From assembly GCA_963710375.1 (NCBI GenBank), contig CAVPZX010000001.1:1-64000 (forward strand): 64,000 bases of DNA. Direction: 5' to 3'. Origin of the DNA: Nitrospirota bacterium (lineage in GTDB: Bacteria > Nitrospirota > Thermodesulfovibrionia > Thermodesulfovibrionales > Dissulfurispiraceae). Both the position numbers and the translations under genes were made by a program. The notes beneath the pieces are model-generated. The model worked only from the letters and a program-made list of their open reading frames with translations. It was not told the DNA's origin and searched no databases. Below, one piece after another: positions 20,232 through 31,604 of the stretch (its first letter is position 1; each line of letters opens with the position of its first letter).

Positions 20232-23200
20232 TCATGGTTCTTTCCCCAGTTGTTCAGTGGTAAAATGCTTTTCCAGAGCAGTTCTCAGCCGGTCAAACTG
20301 CATTTCCAGTTCCGGCAGGCGGGCCGTGACAGCTTCCAGGCGGCCGGTCTTTCCAGCTTTCTCCATCTCGTAGGCTACCGCGCGCAGGGCTTCACCACCA
20401 ACATTGGCAGCCGCACTCTTGATGGAGTGGGCTTGGCGCTCGACGGCCTGGATGTCGTCGCCCGCCTCCAGGTAACCCCTCAGAGCTTTGATCTGCAAGG
20501 GTATATCTGAAAGAAAAGCCTTCACTACTATGCATGCAAAATCCTCATCTCCCATGACGATGGTCATCATTCGTGCCTTGTCGAACACCGGAGGCGCTGT
20601 TTCCTCTGCCGGTCTCGTAGCGGCATGCCCAGGCTCACAAATGTCTTGTTCTGTTACTCCGCATGCCCTCCTCGGCAGCCATTTTTCGAGCGCTTTAGCC
20701 AGTGCCTGTGGGTAAACCGGTTTAGCAACATAGTCGTTCATCCCCGCATCCAGACACTTTTCCCGGTCCCCCTTCAAAGCGTTGGCAGTCATGGCGATAA
20801 TGGGAATCTGGTGATCGAGGACTCCGGATTGAGGATTGCGGATCTGGCGTGCGGCTTCATAACCGTCCATCTCGGGCATCTGGCAGTCCATTAGCACGAG
20901 GTCGTACGGGAGGACTTCCAGGGCTCTGACAGCTTCCGCGCCGTTGGCTACAACGTCTACCCTCAAGCCCATTTTCTTCAGAACGCCCATAGCTACCTCC
21001 TGGTTGGTAACGTTATCTTCTGCCACCAGTATACGAACAGATCCCCCGCGCATCTCACGGAGTTTGTGACGAGTGATTACGGGCTGCGTCAACTGGTAGA
21101 ATCCTGGCATAGCTAAGACTGCTGACAAAGTGTCGAAAAGATCCGCCTGCTTCACCGGCTTGATCAGGTAGGCGGCAAAACCTATCTCCTGCATGCGCTT
21201 GGCATCGCCTCGCTGGCCTCCCATAGAGGTCATAAGCACCAGGGCAGTATCTTTTATTGCGTCGTCGGACTTAATGGCCCGGGCTAAGTCAGCACCGTCC
21301 ATGTCTGACATTTGCATGTCAACAATGGCCACGACAAAGGGGTCACCTGCATCTCTGGCCTGAGAAAGTGCCGCAAGTGCAGAGGGAGCATCCGGAGTCT
21401 CTTCCGCCCGTATGCCCCACGTCTTTAACTGGGTAGTCAATATCTCACGATTGGTTGCATTGTCATCTACTATTAATACGTGTGCTCCGTGAATATCAGA
21501 TTGCAAAGCAGCATAGCGTTGTTGCTCCCTTTGTTTGGAAAAACGCGCTGTGAACCAGAACTCCGAGCCATGGCCCTCTTCGCTATTGACTCCAATCTCT
21601 CCGCCCATCAACTCGGCCAACTGCTTTGAAATAGCCAGCCCCAGTCCTGTACCGCCATATTTGCGTGTGGTGGCGGCGTCTGCCTGTATGAACTTCTGAA
21701 ACAGTTTGGCCTGATTATCCGCAGCAATACCGATGCCGGTGTCCTTTACGGAAAAACGTACGACGGCTTCGGAGTCGGTTTCCGATACCAAGCTTGCCAG
21801 AACAGAGATCTCTCCCTTGGAAGTAAACTTGAGAGCGTTGCCGGCCAGGTTAGTGAGGATCTGACGCAGTTGACCGGGGTCACCACAAAGATATGTAGGC
21901 AAATCCGGTGTAGCAGCACAGATTAATTCGAGCCCTTTTTCCTGAGCGCGCAAACCCAATGTTGCGGAGAAATCGTCCATCAGGGACCGTAAGTCGAAGT
22001 CCATTGTCTCCAGTTCGAGTTTCCCTGCTTCGATTTTAGAAAAGTCCAGGATGTCATTGATAATCGCCAGCAGGGTTACACCACTGCTGTGTATAGTCTC
22101 AACATAACGCTGCTGTTCTTCGTCAAGTTCAGTGTCTAACAGCAAGCCGGTCATGCCGACTACCCCGTTCATAGGCGTGCGGATTTCATGGCTCATATTG
22201 GCCAGAAACTCGCTCTTGGCTTGGTTCGCTTCATCGGCTCTCCGTAAAGCTGCGTCAAGTTCTATATTCTTCGTTTCCATCTCTTCAGCGATTAGAACCA
22301 GTCTCTCCTCGGCCTCCTTGCGTTTGGAGTAATCCTGCGCAATGTAAACCGCACCCTGGTGGATGTTATTCTCATCGTAAAGGTCAGACACCGACAGCAG
22401 CACCGGTATAATTTGACCGCTTTTTGACCTGTAGAATGCTTCAACCATGGGAATGTTTTTCTCCTCGGGAAATGTCTTCGCTTCTCTGCTTTCAGCAAGG
22501 ATCATATCAATGGGTTTCCCTTTCAGTTCCTCTTCACGGTAATCCAATAGGCTGCATGCTGCGATATTGGCCCGTATTACCTTATTTTCTTGATCGACAA
22601 CGATCAATGTGTTGATCATCCCCTCTATAATGTTATTCATGTATGCCTTGGATACGGTTGTGTTATTAAGGTCGCTGGCCATGTGGTTGAAGTTATCGAA
22701 CAGCATCTGTAGTTCGTCGGCGGCCTGCAGCGTAATCCTGGCATTGAGGTCTCCTTTTGCAAGACGGTCCGTCGCTCCGGCAAGTTCGGCCAGCGGTTCG
22801 AATATGACCCGTCTCGATACGGTAAACACGACATAGCCAAGTATCATAGCCACGGCAATGTTTAGGGCGAGTATGGAAAGCACAACTTGCAGGATCTGCT
22901 GGCGGATGGCATACTGCGACAGACAAATCGTCACTTCACCTACCTTGTAAGGTCCGGATAGAATAGGCACTGAAACTTCCTTGACCGGCTCTCGCTTCCT
23001 AATGGTATTAATAATGTCCTGAATTTCGCTCCTTTTCGGCAGGCCCCTCAGGATGGCCTTCAATCGCGGCGACCGGTAATTGATGCTGGCGAACTGAGAT
23101 GTAACGAGGTTTCCATCGGCATTGCGGATCACGGCATACAGGATGTCTTCATCCTTATTTGCGTCACTGACGATGGCATCAAGTTGGATCCCGTCCTTCA

Positions 23201-23396
23201 TTATCAGTGGATCCCTGCTGAGCTTGGCTATATAGGATGCAAAACTTCCACCCTTGGTAATTAGGGACCGATTGAGTATCCGCCATTGGTTCGCTCCAAT
23301 GACAACGCTCAGGACGGCAGTGCTCAGAAAAAGAATGACCGACAGATCCCTGAGGAACCTATACCGTATGCTTCTATGCTTACGTTGAGCGGTTAT
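20232..23396 (-). CDS. Hybrid sensor kinase: TM, periplasmic domain, TM, HAMP, PAS, HisKA, HATPase, REC, REC, Hpt
   Basis: [25 protein letters not shown], two REC domains and Hpt [12 protein letters not shown]. The frame stays open upstream of the ATG at 23201 and encodes TM1; the start position is inferred. Confidence 0.85.
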   Translation of the reverse strand: MTAQRKHRSIRYRFLRDLSVILFLSTAVLSVVIGANQWRILNRSLITKGGSFASYIAKLSRDPLIMKDGIQLDAIVSDANKDEDILYAVIRNADGNLVTSQFASINYRSPRLKAILRGLPKRSEIQDIINTIRKREPVKEVSVPILSGPYKVGEVTICLSQYAIRQQILQVVLSILALNIAVAMILGYVVFTVSRRVIFEPLAELAGATDRLAKGDLNARITLQAADELQMLFDNFNHMASDLNNTTVSKAYMNNIIEGMINTLIVVDQENKVIRANIAACSLLDYREEELKGKPIDMILAESREAKTFPEEKNIPMVEAFYRSKSGQIIPVLLSVSDLYDENNIHQGAVYIAQDYSKRKEAEERLVLIAEEMETKNIELDAALRRADEANQAKSEFLANMSHEIRTPMNGVVGMTGLLLDTELDEEQQRYVETIHSSGVTLLAIINDILDFSKIEAGKLELETMDFDLRSLMDDFSATLGLRAQEKGLELICAATPDLPTYLCGDPGQLRQILTNLAGNALKFTSKGEISVLASLVSETDSEAVVRFSVKDTGIGIAADNQAKLFQKFIQADAATTRKYGGTGLGLAISKQLAELMGGEIGVNSEEGHGSEFWFTARFSKQREQQRYAALQSDIHGAHVLIVDDNATNREILTTQLKTWGIRAEETPDAPSALAALSQARDAGDPFVVAIVDMQMSDMDGADLARAIKSDDAIKDTALVLMTSMGGQRGDAKRMQEIGFAAYLIKPVKQADLFDTLSAVLAMPGFYQLTQPVITRHKLREMRGGSVRILVAEDNVTNQEVAMGVLKKMGLRVDVVANGAEAVRALEVLPYDLVLMDCQMPEMDGYEAARQIRNPQSGVLDHQIPIIAMTANALKGDREKCLDAGMNDYVAKPVYPQALAKALEKWLPRRACGVTEQDICEPGHAATRPAEETAPPVFDKARMMTIVMGDEDFACIVVKAFLSDIPLQIKALRGYLEAGDDIQAVERQAHSIKSAAANVGGEALRAVAYEMEKAGKTGRLEAVTARLPELEMQFDRLRTALEKHFTTEQLGKEP

Positions 23397-23436
23397 GAGA
23401 CACCATCCTTTTCGGCAGTGGCCGGTTTTCCGAACG

Positions 23437-24402
23437 CTATTGAATCTTCCTTGTCACCGCTTTCATAAATTCAGACGGGATCAGAAAATGCCCGTTTTTC
23501 GCCGTCTTCATATTAAGAATCACCGCAAATTTTGCAGGCATATCGATAGGAAGCGAAGAAGGCTTTGCGCCGTGAAGAATCTTCACTGCCATCTCACCGG
23601 CAAGCCGTCCCTGGGCGTAGGAATCTGAGCACACGCCCACCAGGACCCCTTTCTCGATCAAGTCCTCAAGATGGGCAACAGTGATCACCCCTGCCTTGTT
23701 CGCCATGTCCACAATTGTCGCGATCCGGCTGTTTACCAGATTGCTTCCGGTAATGTATATCCCTTCTACTGTGGGTAGCACTTCCGGTAGAACCTGGTCA
23801 ATGTCTTCATTGGCAGCGACAATTACCGGAAAGAGATTGATCCCGAATTTCGCTTGTACGTTTTGCAAGTCCTTGAGCGTCGTCTCTGAGTTTTTCTCGC
23901 CGGGCGTATAGAGCACTGCCAGTCTCTTTATCGGTCGTAGCAATTCCAGAGTGGATATAACCTTAACCATGGGGATTTTGGTAGAGGTCCCCGTTGTGTT
24001 ATTGCCTGAACTCTTCCACGACTTTGCTATTCCCGCATCCACGGGATCATATACGATACCAAAAACAATCGGCACATCCTTTATTTCCCTCGCCACGATT
24101 ACTGTGGAAGACGTGCCAAGGGTAACGATCAAGTCTAACTTTTCACGGGCGAACTCTTTTACCAACTCCACAGCCTTTGCCTTGTTGGCATCAGCTTTCT
24201 CGATAATGTAATGAGTATTAGATTTTGTATAGCCGGCTTCATAGAGCTTATCCTTGACGCCTTCAGCCGCCTCTATGTATCGGGACTCGTTGCTGAACAA
24301 AAGAAAGCCGATTCGTTTCTCTGCCCGGGCATTGACGGACAGCAGCGTTGCGACAAGAAAAACAACGGCAGCAAAAAACGATTTAATTAAGCTTTTCTTC
24401 AT
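23437..24402 (-). CDS. ABC-type substrate-binding protein (ABC_sub_bind family), stand-alone
   Basis: Signal peptide, [38 protein letters not shown]. Confidence 0.88.
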   Translation of the reverse strand: MKKSLIKSFFAAVVFLVATLLSVNARAEKRIGFLLFSNESRYIEAAEGVKDKLYEAGYTKSNTHYIIEKADANKAKAVELVKEFAREKLDLIVTLGTSSTVIVAREIKDVPIVFGIVYDPVDAGIAKSWKSSGNNTTGTSTKIPMVKVISTLELLRPIKRLAVLYTPGEKNSETTLKDLQNVQAKFGINLFPVIVAANEDIDQVLPEVLPTVEGIYITGSNLVNSRIATIVDMANKAGVITVAHLEDLIEKGVLVGVCSDSYAQGRLAGEMAVKILHGAKPSSLPIDMPAKFAVILNMKTAKNGHFLIPSEFMKAVTRKIQ

Positions 24403-24647
24403 ATCCTCTCCTTACCGGTCCGCCTGTCTTCAAACTATCACCCAGTGAGCTGGACCCGATTGATTGGACAGTTTGTTGACACTGATTTAAGGTGGAAACC
24501 ACCATTTATTATGCCGCCAGTAACACACAAGACAGCCTGCGCGTGACTGTTTCCAGTATGACTTATGCTGTTTTTTTCGTCAAGTTGGGCTGGAATGAGG
24601 CCAATCCTCATTAGAAATGCAAATTATTGGAAGAAAAAGCTTTACTG

Positions 24648-25307
24648 TTACTTCGAGCTTTCGTTACATACGGTCCCGCAACCGCATGACTTGCCTTTCG
24701 CTTTAGCAAACGCCTCACGCCCTTCCCTAAAAGAGAAAATTGCTATGCCGATCGCACCAAGGGAATCTACCAAGCCGATGCCCGTCGCTTCATAGCCGAT
24801 GCTTGCAATGAGAAGGACGATGGAAAGATACAAGCAAGTCTTAGAGCAGGCCGCATCGGCAAGCAGCGCCCTGGAGTTGAACCGTCTGCCGATCTTTAAC
24901 TTGTAGTGAATAAGCACCGACATCGTGAGAATTGAAATGATTGCTACGATAATGCCCCACAAAGTAGTCTCTGGTTTAGACCCCTTGTAGACATTTGCCA
25001 GGGAAGTAATTATAAGGCCTGCAGTGAGAATGTAGAAAGCCGCCCCAGTCACCCTAAGTGAGGTTCTTTCAAATGAGTCGTGACTTTCATCGGCGTTTTC
25101 TTTCATCCGATTTATCATATGCCATATGCCGATGCCTGAAATCACCTCTACGAAAGAATCGAGTCCAAAACCGAAAAGGGAGACCGTTCCGTCTTCAACA
25201 CCGAATAAAACAGAGACCGCGCCCTCGATGAAATTGTAGAAAATGGTAGTGAGGGCTAGAGCTGTAGCCCATTTGTAAAAAGTGGATTTCACTTTAAGAG
25301 GAGACAT
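24648..25307 (-). CDS. Cation efflux (CDF) family transporter, TM domain only
   Basis: YNFIEG, SLFGFGLDSFVE, ALLADAACSKTC, DSLGA..FSFREG and Cys-rich tail CGCGTVC. Confidence 0.8.
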   Translation of the reverse strand: MSPLKVKSTFYKWATALALTTIFYNFIEGAVSVLFGVEDGTVSLFGFGLDSFVEVISGIGIWHMINRMKENADESHDSFERTSLRVTGAAFYILTAGLIITSLANVYKGSKPETTLWGIIVAIISILTMSVLIHYKLKIGRRFNSRALLADAACSKTCLYLSIVLLIASIGYEATGIGLVDSLGAIGIAIFSFREGREAFAKAKGKSCGCGTVCNESSK

Positions 25308-25317
25308 CCCTTTCCCA

Positions 25318-26256
25318 TTACCTTTCAGCAGGTGTTACCAGCTTAAGCGCGTCTCTCTCGATTTCTACTTTTGCCGGGGTGGTGCCTTCATAATCGCCGT
25401 CAATCTGTATGGGGGATTTTCCGTTGACGACTATTTCCACGGCTTTGAGATAGCTGACATCTCTGAAAGTGATATTCTTTCCGGTTATGACTCCGATAAT
25501 GTAACGGAAGAGGGACCTTCTGTTTTTTTTATGAGTTACAAAAACATAAAAATAAGGATCGGTCAGCCTCGCATCGGGCGTTGCCTTGAACGTCCCGCCG
25601 TAGGATGATGCCTTCCCTATAATAACGCTGTATCCGTTTATATTACCGGCAGGAGCGGGGTCCGCAGGTCCCTGCCTGATCGAAAGAGTGATGGGTGCAG
25701 GGCTGTAATGCAAGAGTACTTTGGTCCCACTAAGGAAGTAGGCCCCCTTGCCGGTGAATTTCTTTATCAGTTCATTAACGCCCAGGGTCGCTTCCGCGTC
25801 GAAACCTATACCCGCCATCAGGAGAAAATAACGTGTGACGCTTGATGTCTGAGTGGACAATGAATCATCCCTGGAAAAAGTGATCTTGCCGAGATGAACT
25901 GTCTGAATAGTGCCGTTTATGGCTATATCCAGGGCCTTTTTTAGTGCGAGAGGGATATGAAGCTCCCGTGCGAGTACAGATGTGGTGCCGAGGGGTAGTA
26001 TCGCCATTGGTATACTTGAGCGGACAAGGCCATTGGCTACTTCGTTATATGTGCCATCGCCGCCTGCTGCTATGACCAGCCGCACGGGCTGGCTTGCTGC
26101 TCCTCCGGCAAACGCTTCGGCGTCACCTTTTCTGCCGGTGAACATCAGCTTGACGTCGTAGCCCTTGTTTATAAGGAAGTCGGAGGCCTTTTTAATTTTG
26201 AAAGCTGCCCCGCCTCCTGCGATAGGGTTGCCGATAAGAATGATTTTTTCAGCCAT
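25318..26256 (-). CDS. Diacylglycerol/lipid kinase family protein (YegS/BmrU-like)
   Basis: NPIAG, AGGDGTYNEVANG, LPLGT, GIGFDA, QIDGD. Confidence 0.92.
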   Translation of the reverse strand: MAEKIILIGNPIAGGGAAFKIKKASDFLINKGYDVKLMFTGRKGDAEAFAGGAASQPVRLVIAAGGDGTYNEVANGLVRSSIPMAILPLGTTSVLARELHIPLALKKALDIAINGTIQTVHLGKITFSRDDSLSTQTSSVTRYFLLMAGIGFDAEATLGVNELIKKFTGKGAYFLSGTKVLLHYSPAPITLSIRQGPADPAPAGNINGYSVIIGKASSYGGTFKATPDARLTDPYFYVFVTHKKNRRSLFRYIIGVITGKNITFRDVSYLKAVEIVVNGKSPIQIDGDYEGTTPAKVEIERDALKLVTPAER

Positions 26257-26288
26257 ATGCATGAATTGTATCATAAAGAGGAAGCTTG

Positions 26289-26386
26289 AAAACGTGAATA
26301 GTTAATAGTGAATAGTGAAAAGTGAATGGTTGTTTCGCTTTTTTGTCCTGAACCGCTCACTCTTCACCTTTCACCATTCACGTTTT
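26289..26386. repeat. Intergenic heptamer-repeat hairpin (GTGAATA family)
   Basis: AAAACGTGAATA GTTAATA GTGAATA GTGAAAA GTGAATG GTT ... AACCGCTCAC TCTTCAC CTTTCAC CATTCAC GTTTT. Confidence 0.85.
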
Positions 26387-26521
26387 AAATCGGGGTTGTG
26401 TTTTACTTTATATAAATGTTAAAAAACAGTACTATTGAAATGTTGAGGCAGTTGCAGGAGTCTTATATAGTGAAAATAATAAGATTCGGAATGTTTTTTT
26501 GCAAAGGAGTAGGGATTTTCG

Positions 26522-28282
26522 ATGAAAAAGGTCCGGATTGCGTTATGCCAGATCAACCCCTCAGTGGGTGATCTGGACGGCAATGTAAAGAAAATTTTCG
26601 GCTTTATCGAAAAGGCCGGGCAATATTACCCCGATATTATAGCGTTTCCTGAACTCGCGGTCACAGGCTATCCGCCTGAAGACCTACTCTTAAAGCCCCA
26701 GTTCATTAAGGATACGCAGGCCGCTCTTAAGGAAATTCAGGCAAGCACCGGTGATGCTGTAGTGATAACCGGATTTGTGGACAGGACGGATGACATATAT
26801 AACGCCGCTGCCGTTCTGTATAACGGGCAGCTTATCGATGTCTATCAAAAGATGTATTTGCCGAATTACAGCGTTTTTGACGAGTTCAGATATTTTAAGG
26901 CAGGAAGCAGATATCCGGTATATGAAATGGAAGATTTCTTGTTCGGTGTTACTATCTGCGAGGACATCTGGTATGAGGGCGGACCAAGCACGGTCCAGGC
27001 TCTGGGGGGCGCCGAGTTTATTATCAATATCAATGCCTCTCCTTATAATATCGGCAAGACAGGATTCAGAAAGAAAATGCTGGCTACCCGGGCGTGCGAC
27101 AATAGCGTTATTATTGCCTATCTCAATACCGTGGGAGGCCAGGATGAACTGGTGTTTGATGGGCAGAGCTTCATAGTGGACCAGAACGGCGAAATAATTG
27201 CCGAAGGCAAACAGTTTCAGGAGGACGTGATAATTGCGGACCTGGACCTGGATGCGGTTTTTATTAAGCGACTTCATGACCCGAGAAGGAGGCAGCAGGT
27301 CTTTGACCTGCCGTTGCAAGGGGTGGAGAAGATATATATCGCACGGGAGCGCGGAAAAGACCGCGACACAATGTCATATCTGTTTCCCCGCGAGGCCGTA
27401 TCCCCGTGTCCCCGTGTCCCTGCTGCAGAGGAAGAGGAAGTATATAATGCGCTTGTTCTCGGAACGAGTGATTATGTTCACAAGAATGGATTTGTCAATG
27501 TCTGCATCGGCCTGAGCGGCGGAATCGATTCCGCTCTTGTCGCTGCTATTGCCGCCGATGCTGTAGGCGCGCATAATGTAACCGGCGTATTCATGCCGTC
27601 GCCTTACACCTCGCAGGAAAGCAGGGAGGATACGCAGGAACTGGTCCGGAATCTCGGTATAAAGTTGACTGAAATCCCGATAATCTCAATATTTGAGGCA
27701 TACAGGGAGACCCTTGCTCAGTCTTTTGAAAAAATGCCTGCCGACATCACTGAGGAGAACCTTCAGGCGAGAATCAGGGGGAACTTGCTCATGGCCTTGT
27801 CAAACAAGTTCAGTTGGCTTGTGCTGACCACAGGAAACAAGTCTGAAATGAGCGTGGGCTATGCCACACTCTACGGGGACATGGCTGGAGGGTTTGCAGT
27901 AATAAAGGATGTGCCCAAAACGCTGGTCTACCGCCTGTGCAGATGGAAAAATCTCAGAGAAGACAGAATGGTAATACCAGGAAGTATTCTTGTCAAGCCC
28001 CCTACCGCGGAATTGAGGCCTGACCAGAAAGACACCGATACACTGCCTCCTTATGAAGTGCTGGATCCTATACTGAAGCTTTACATCGAGGAAGACAAAA
28101 GCTTTGACGTAATTGTAGCTCTGAACCCGGATTCCCCGGTTGAGGATATAAAAAGGGTTATACGCATGGTTGATTTCAGCGAGTATAAAAGGAGACAGTC
28201 TCCTCCGGGTATAAAGATCACCCCCAGGGCCTTTGGCAGGGACAGGAGATTCCCCATAACGAACAGGTACAGTCAGTTTTAA
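26522..28282 (+). CDS. nadE: Glutamine-dependent NAD+ synthetase
   Basis: Nitrilase domain (FPEL, KMYLPNY, ICEDIW) plus synthetase domain (GLSGGIDS, ENLQARIR, TGNKSE, TLYGD). Confidence 0.97.
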   Translation: MKKVRIALCQINPSVGDLDGNVKKIFGFIEKAGQYYPDIIAFPELAVTGYPPEDLLLKPQFIKDTQAALKEIQASTGDAVVITGFVDRTDDIYNAAAVLYNGQLIDVYQKMYLPNYSVFDEFRYFKAGSRYPVYEMEDFLFGVTICEDIWYEGGPSTVQALGGAEFIININASPYNIGKTGFRKKMLATRACDNSVIIAYLNTVGGQDELVFDGQSFIVDQNGEIIAEGKQFQEDVIIADLDLDAVFIKRLHDPRRRQQVFDLPLQGVEKIYIARERGKDRDTMSYLFPREAVSPCPRVPAAEEEEVYNALVLGTSDYVHKNGFVNVCIGLSGGIDSALVAAIAADAVGAHNVTGVFMPSPYTSQESREDTQELVRNLGIKLTEIPIISIFEAYRETLAQSFEKMPADITEENLQARIRGNLLMALSNKFSWLVLTTGNKSEMSVGYATLYGDMAGGFAVIKDVPKTLVYRLCRWKNLREDRMVIPGSILVKPPTAELRPDQKDTDTLPPYEVLDPILKLYIEEDKSFDVIVALNPDSPVEDIKRVIRMVDFSEYKRRQSPPGIKITPRAFGRDRRFPITNRYSQF

Positions 28283-28286
28283 GGGC

Positions 28287-28315
28287 GTGAATGGTGAATA
28301 GTCAATAGTGAATAG
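28287..28315. repeat. Single arm of the GTGAATA heptamer repeat
   Basis: GTGAATG GTGAATA GTCAATA GTGAATA immediately after the nadE stop. Confidence 0.75.
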
Positions 28316-28338
28316 AAACTTGAAAGGTTGGGCTGGTA

Positions 28339-28638
28339 ATGATTAGAAAATCTCTCATAAAAATTGCAGCAGTTATTAGTCTGGCACTTATGGTGCTCCC
28401 TGGTTATTACTCCGGCTCTGCCCTTTGTGCTGACAAGAATCAGGTATCTCATCCGGCGGCCCAGCCTCTGCAATTCAACAGGAACCAGGATATCTCGCAG
28501 ATAAAGCCCAGGAAACCGGTAAGAATAAAACTACACCGCAGCGCCAAAGGAGAATACCAGTGGGATATCACTGGAGACAACGCAGATGATATAGTCAGGG
28601 CTGACAGGCGCTTGAGAAAACTGCTGGAGACTGAATAA
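28339..28638 (+). CDS. Small exported hypothetical protein
   Basis: Signal-peptide-like N-terminus; compact C-terminal region VRIKLHRSAKGEYQWDITG. Confidence 0.7.
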   Translation: MIRKSLIKIAAVISLALMVLPGYYSGSALCADKNQVSHPAAQPLQFNRNQDISQIKPRKPVRIKLHRSAKGEYQWDITGDNADDIVRADRRLRKLLETE

Positions 28639-28729
28639 AATTTTGAATGTTGAATTTTGAATGTTGAATTATGGAAGTAACATTTATTATTATTGAACTC
28701 GCTAATTTAAAATTCAAAATTCAACATTG
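28639..28729. repeat. Intergenic heptamer-repeat hairpin, (AATKTTG)n ... (AATTCAA)n
   Basis: AATTTTG AATGTTG AATTTTG AATGTTG AATT ... AATTTAA AATTCAA AATTCAA CATTG. Confidence 0.8.
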
Positions 28730-28747
28730 ATTGGGAAGGGAGGAATA

Positions 28748-29221
28748 ATGGAGAAATTTAGTATTCGCGAGGTGCTTGAGCAGGCTGTCCAAACCGAAAA
28801 GTTAGGCTATCAATTCTACACCTCTATGGTTGCCAGATTTAAGGATAATGAGAAATTGGTAAAGCTTTTCGGCACGCTTGCCGAAAAGGAATTGAGACAT
28901 GAAAAGACTTATACCGAGATGAGGGACATGGTTGGCGATGAGGAGCCTGAAGGATGGGAGGAAATATCGCATTATCTGAGGGCTATTGTGGAATCGGAAT
29001 TCTTCATGGGCAAGAATAAATCACTCCCCTCAATGGAACGGATAAAGACCGTAATGGATGCAGTTAATTATGCCTTTGAATTTGAGAAAGAGACGCTCCT
29101 GTACTTTTACGGCGTAAGGGACGCGGTGCGTGAAAAAGAGCTTGTGGAGGAGATTATCAACGAAGAAAGGAGCCATATCATGTGGCTCAGCGCCTTCAAG
29201 AATGTTCTGGTGTCACAGTAA
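28748..29221 (+). CDS. Ferritin-like / rubrerythrin-family protein
   Basis: Two E..ExxH di-iron half sites (TEKLG..EKELRH; FEKET..EERSH). Confidence 0.88.
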   Translation: MEKFSIREVLEQAVQTEKLGYQFYTSMVARFKDNEKLVKLFGTLAEKELRHEKTYTEMRDMVGDEEPEGWEEISHYLRAIVESEFFMGKNKSLPSMERIKTVMDAVNYAFEFEKETLLYFYGVRDAVREKELVEEIINEERSHIMWLSAFKNVLVSQ

Positions 29222-29224
29222 ACA

Positions 29225-30121
29225 TTGGCGGATGGAACGTTATATATTGTCGCTACTCCTATAGGCAACCTCGAGGATATAACGCTCCGGGCCTTGAGGA
29301 TACTTAAAGAGGTTGACTATATAGCTGCCGAGGACACCAGGCATTCGCTGAAGCTCCTCAATTATTACGGTATAGTGAAACCACTGATCAGCTACTGGTC
29401 CGGGCGGGAAAAGGTCAAAGCTGAAGAAATCATCTCAAAGCTCCGCGAAGGGCTTTCGGTTGCGATTATTTCAGATGCGGGAACGCCCGGTATCTCAGAC
29501 CCCGGCGCTGTTGCTATAAAGCGGGCCATTGAGGAAGGGCTTCCTGTTGTACCGATTCCCGGGCCGTCTGCGCTGATTGCCGCTCTCTCCATATGCAGCC
29601 TACCTCACGAAGAATTTACTTTTATCGGGTTCCTTCCGTCAAAGGAGGTCCAGCGGCAAAAAAAACTGGCTGAACTCAGGCACGAACCACGGGTGCTGAT
29701 TTTTTACGAGGCTCCTCACCGGCTACGTGCCGCGCTTCTGGACATGGAAGCTATTTTAGGTCCTCGTGAGACAGCAGTAATAAAGGAAATTACAAAAATG
29801 CATGAGGGGATAGTGAGGGGTACTCTTCCTGCCGTACGTGAAGAGCTTGAGCACCTGACTATAGCAGGTGAGTATGTCGTACTTTTGGATGGCGCCCGGA
29901 AAGAGGATGTGACAAAGACAGGGACGCCGGAAAGTCAAAGACTGTTTGTGGAGCGAATGGAAGAGGCATTGAGCGAAATCAAATCCCTGATGAAACAGGG
30001 CAGAGGCCGAAAAGAGGCGGTGAGGATTGTATCGGAGGAGTACAGCCTAAGCAAAAATCAACTCTATGACAGGAGTCTTGAGGGAGCAGCAGGGCAGGGG
30101 AAGGATGATCGAAGAACTTGA
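29225..30121 (+). CDS. rsmI: 16S rRNA (cytidine1402-2'-O)-methyltransferase
   Basis: LYIVATPIGNLEDIT, AEDTR, SDAGTPGISDPG, FYEAPHR, EITKMHE. Confidence 0.96.
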   Translation: MADGTLYIVATPIGNLEDITLRALRILKEVDYIAAEDTRHSLKLLNYYGIVKPLISYWSGREKVKAEEIISKLREGLSVAIISDAGTPGISDPGAVAIKRAIEEGLPVVPIPGPSALIAALSICSLPHEEFTFIGFLPSKEVQRQKKLAELRHEPRVLIFYEAPHRLRAALLDMEAILGPRETAVIKEITKMHEGIVRGTLPAVREELEHLTIAGEYVVLLDGARKEDVTKTGTPESQRLFVERMEEALSEIKSLMKQGRGRKEAVRIVSEEYSLSKNQLYDRSLEGAAGQGKDDRRT

Positions 30122-31604
30122 AAAACGCCTCTACCAGCTTGTTATCAGCAGACTTAATGGAGACGCGATTCATTACGCCTATTACAGGCTGGCACTTTTT
30201 GACCTTGTAAAAAAGGGCATAGGCGGGTTTATTATCTTCGGCGGCCAAAAGGGGGAAGCCAGTGATTTTATACGGGAACTCCAGTCTATAAGCGATATTC
30301 CTCTGTTCATTGCAGCGGATATTGAAAGGGGTGTCGGACAGCAGATAAAAGGGGCTGCATCAGTTCCTTGCCAAATGGCCATGGCTGCCGCGCTGGATCG
30401 CACCTTTCCCGGAGATGCGCTGCTCCTTGAAGATATGCTGAAAGGTGTTGCTTCTGAAGCTCTTGCCAACGGCATCAATATGCCTCTGATGCCGGTCATG
30501 GATGTTAATCAGGACCCTGATAATCCCATTATATGCACAAGGGCTTTTTCTGATGACCCTGAGACCGTATCCTGGTTTGGCTCGGAATATATCAGGATAT
30601 TGGAGAATGAAGGGCTCATCAGTTGCGCAAAGCATTTCCCCGGACATGGTGATACGGCCATCGATTCACATATTGCGCTGCCTGTCATTAAAAAGTCGTT
30701 GGAGGACCTGAAGGAGATGGACCTCGTTCCTTTCATCAAGGCTATCGAAACGGGCGTAAGCAGCATAATGATTGGACATTTGGCAGTTCAATCCCTCGAT
30801 AATGTTCCTGCCAGTTTTTCAAAAAAGATCATAAATGGCCTGCTGCGGGGGAAACTCGGGTTTAAGGGCCTTATTATGACTGACGCCCTTGATATGCATG
30901 CTCTGAGCAACAGAGGTAATCTGCCGGTGAAATGCATCAATGCAGGAGTGGATTTGCTGCTCCATCCTACTGACGCAGATGAGGCGGTAAGCCGGTTGAG
31001 GTCTGCGGTAGCATCCGGAGAAATTGATGAGGGGACGATAAACAATGCCGTAGGCCGCATTGTGAAGGCAAAAGAGCGTCTGGGGCGTATGGTGCCGGGA
31101 GAGGCTGACCACGAAGCGAACTGGACCCTGCCGACACGCATTGCTGAAAAATCGATTACTCTCGTGAAGCATTCGCCGGGACTTCTGCCGTTAACTGAAA
31201 CGAAGGAGGTTTGCCTTATAGTTGCGGGAGATTTCCCGCTCCTGTCAGTATCACCGCTTAAGCACTACCTGCCGCTGGCTTCCACACTCGATGATATAGA
31301 TGACGTGGGAGATGTTACAGCGCTTTTTGCGCTATTTACCACTGTAGCTGCCTGGAAGGGTAGTTCGGGCATTGCCGGAAAGGACAGAGAGAAAATAGCA
31401 CTACTGGTGAAGCAGGCACGAAAAGCTATCGTAATCTCTTTCGGCAGCCCATACGTTTTGCGCTATTTTGGAGAAGCTGATATACTAATCGCGGCGTTCG
31501 AGCCGACGGGCCAGGCGCAAGAGGCAGTGATAAAGTGTCTCAGAGGCGAAATGGAGTTTATGGGAAGGCTTCCGGTGAAGCTGGACAAGTGGATGTGTAA
31601 ATGA
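30105..31604 (+). CDS. nagZ: GH3 beta-N-acetylhexosaminidase (two-domain NagZ)
   Basis: KHFPGHGDTAIDSH signature, ADIERG, IMTDAL; near ampG. Confidence 0.88.
   Translation: MIEELEKRLYQLVISRLNGDAIHYAYYRLALFDLVKKGIGGFIIFGGQKGEASDFIRELQSISDIPLFIAADIERGVGQQIKGAASVPCQMAMAAALDRTFPGDALLLEDMLKGVASEALANGINMPLMPVMDVNQDPDNPIICTRAFSDDPETVSWFGSEYIRILENEGLISCAKHFPGHGDTAIDSHIALPVIKKSLEDLKEMDLVPFIKAIETGVSSIMIGHLAVQSLDNVPASFSKKIINGLLRGKLGFKGLIMTDALDMHALSNRGNLPVKCINAGVDLLLHPTDADEAVSRLRSAVASGEIDEGTINNAVGRIVKAKERLGRMVPGEADHEANWTLPTRIAEKSITLVKHSPGLLPLTETKEVCLIVAGDFPLLSVSPLKHYLPLASTLDDIDDVGDVTALFALFTTVAAWKGSSGIAGKDREKIALLVKQARKAIVISFGSPYVLRYFGEADILIAAFEPTGQAQEAVIKCLRGEMEFMGRLPVKLDKWMCK

Noticed and set aside
24420..24560. 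c-di-GMP or other riboswitch upstream of the binding protein-kinase operon
   Set aside because: Core GEMM and c-di-GMP-II consensus elements were not found by eye.
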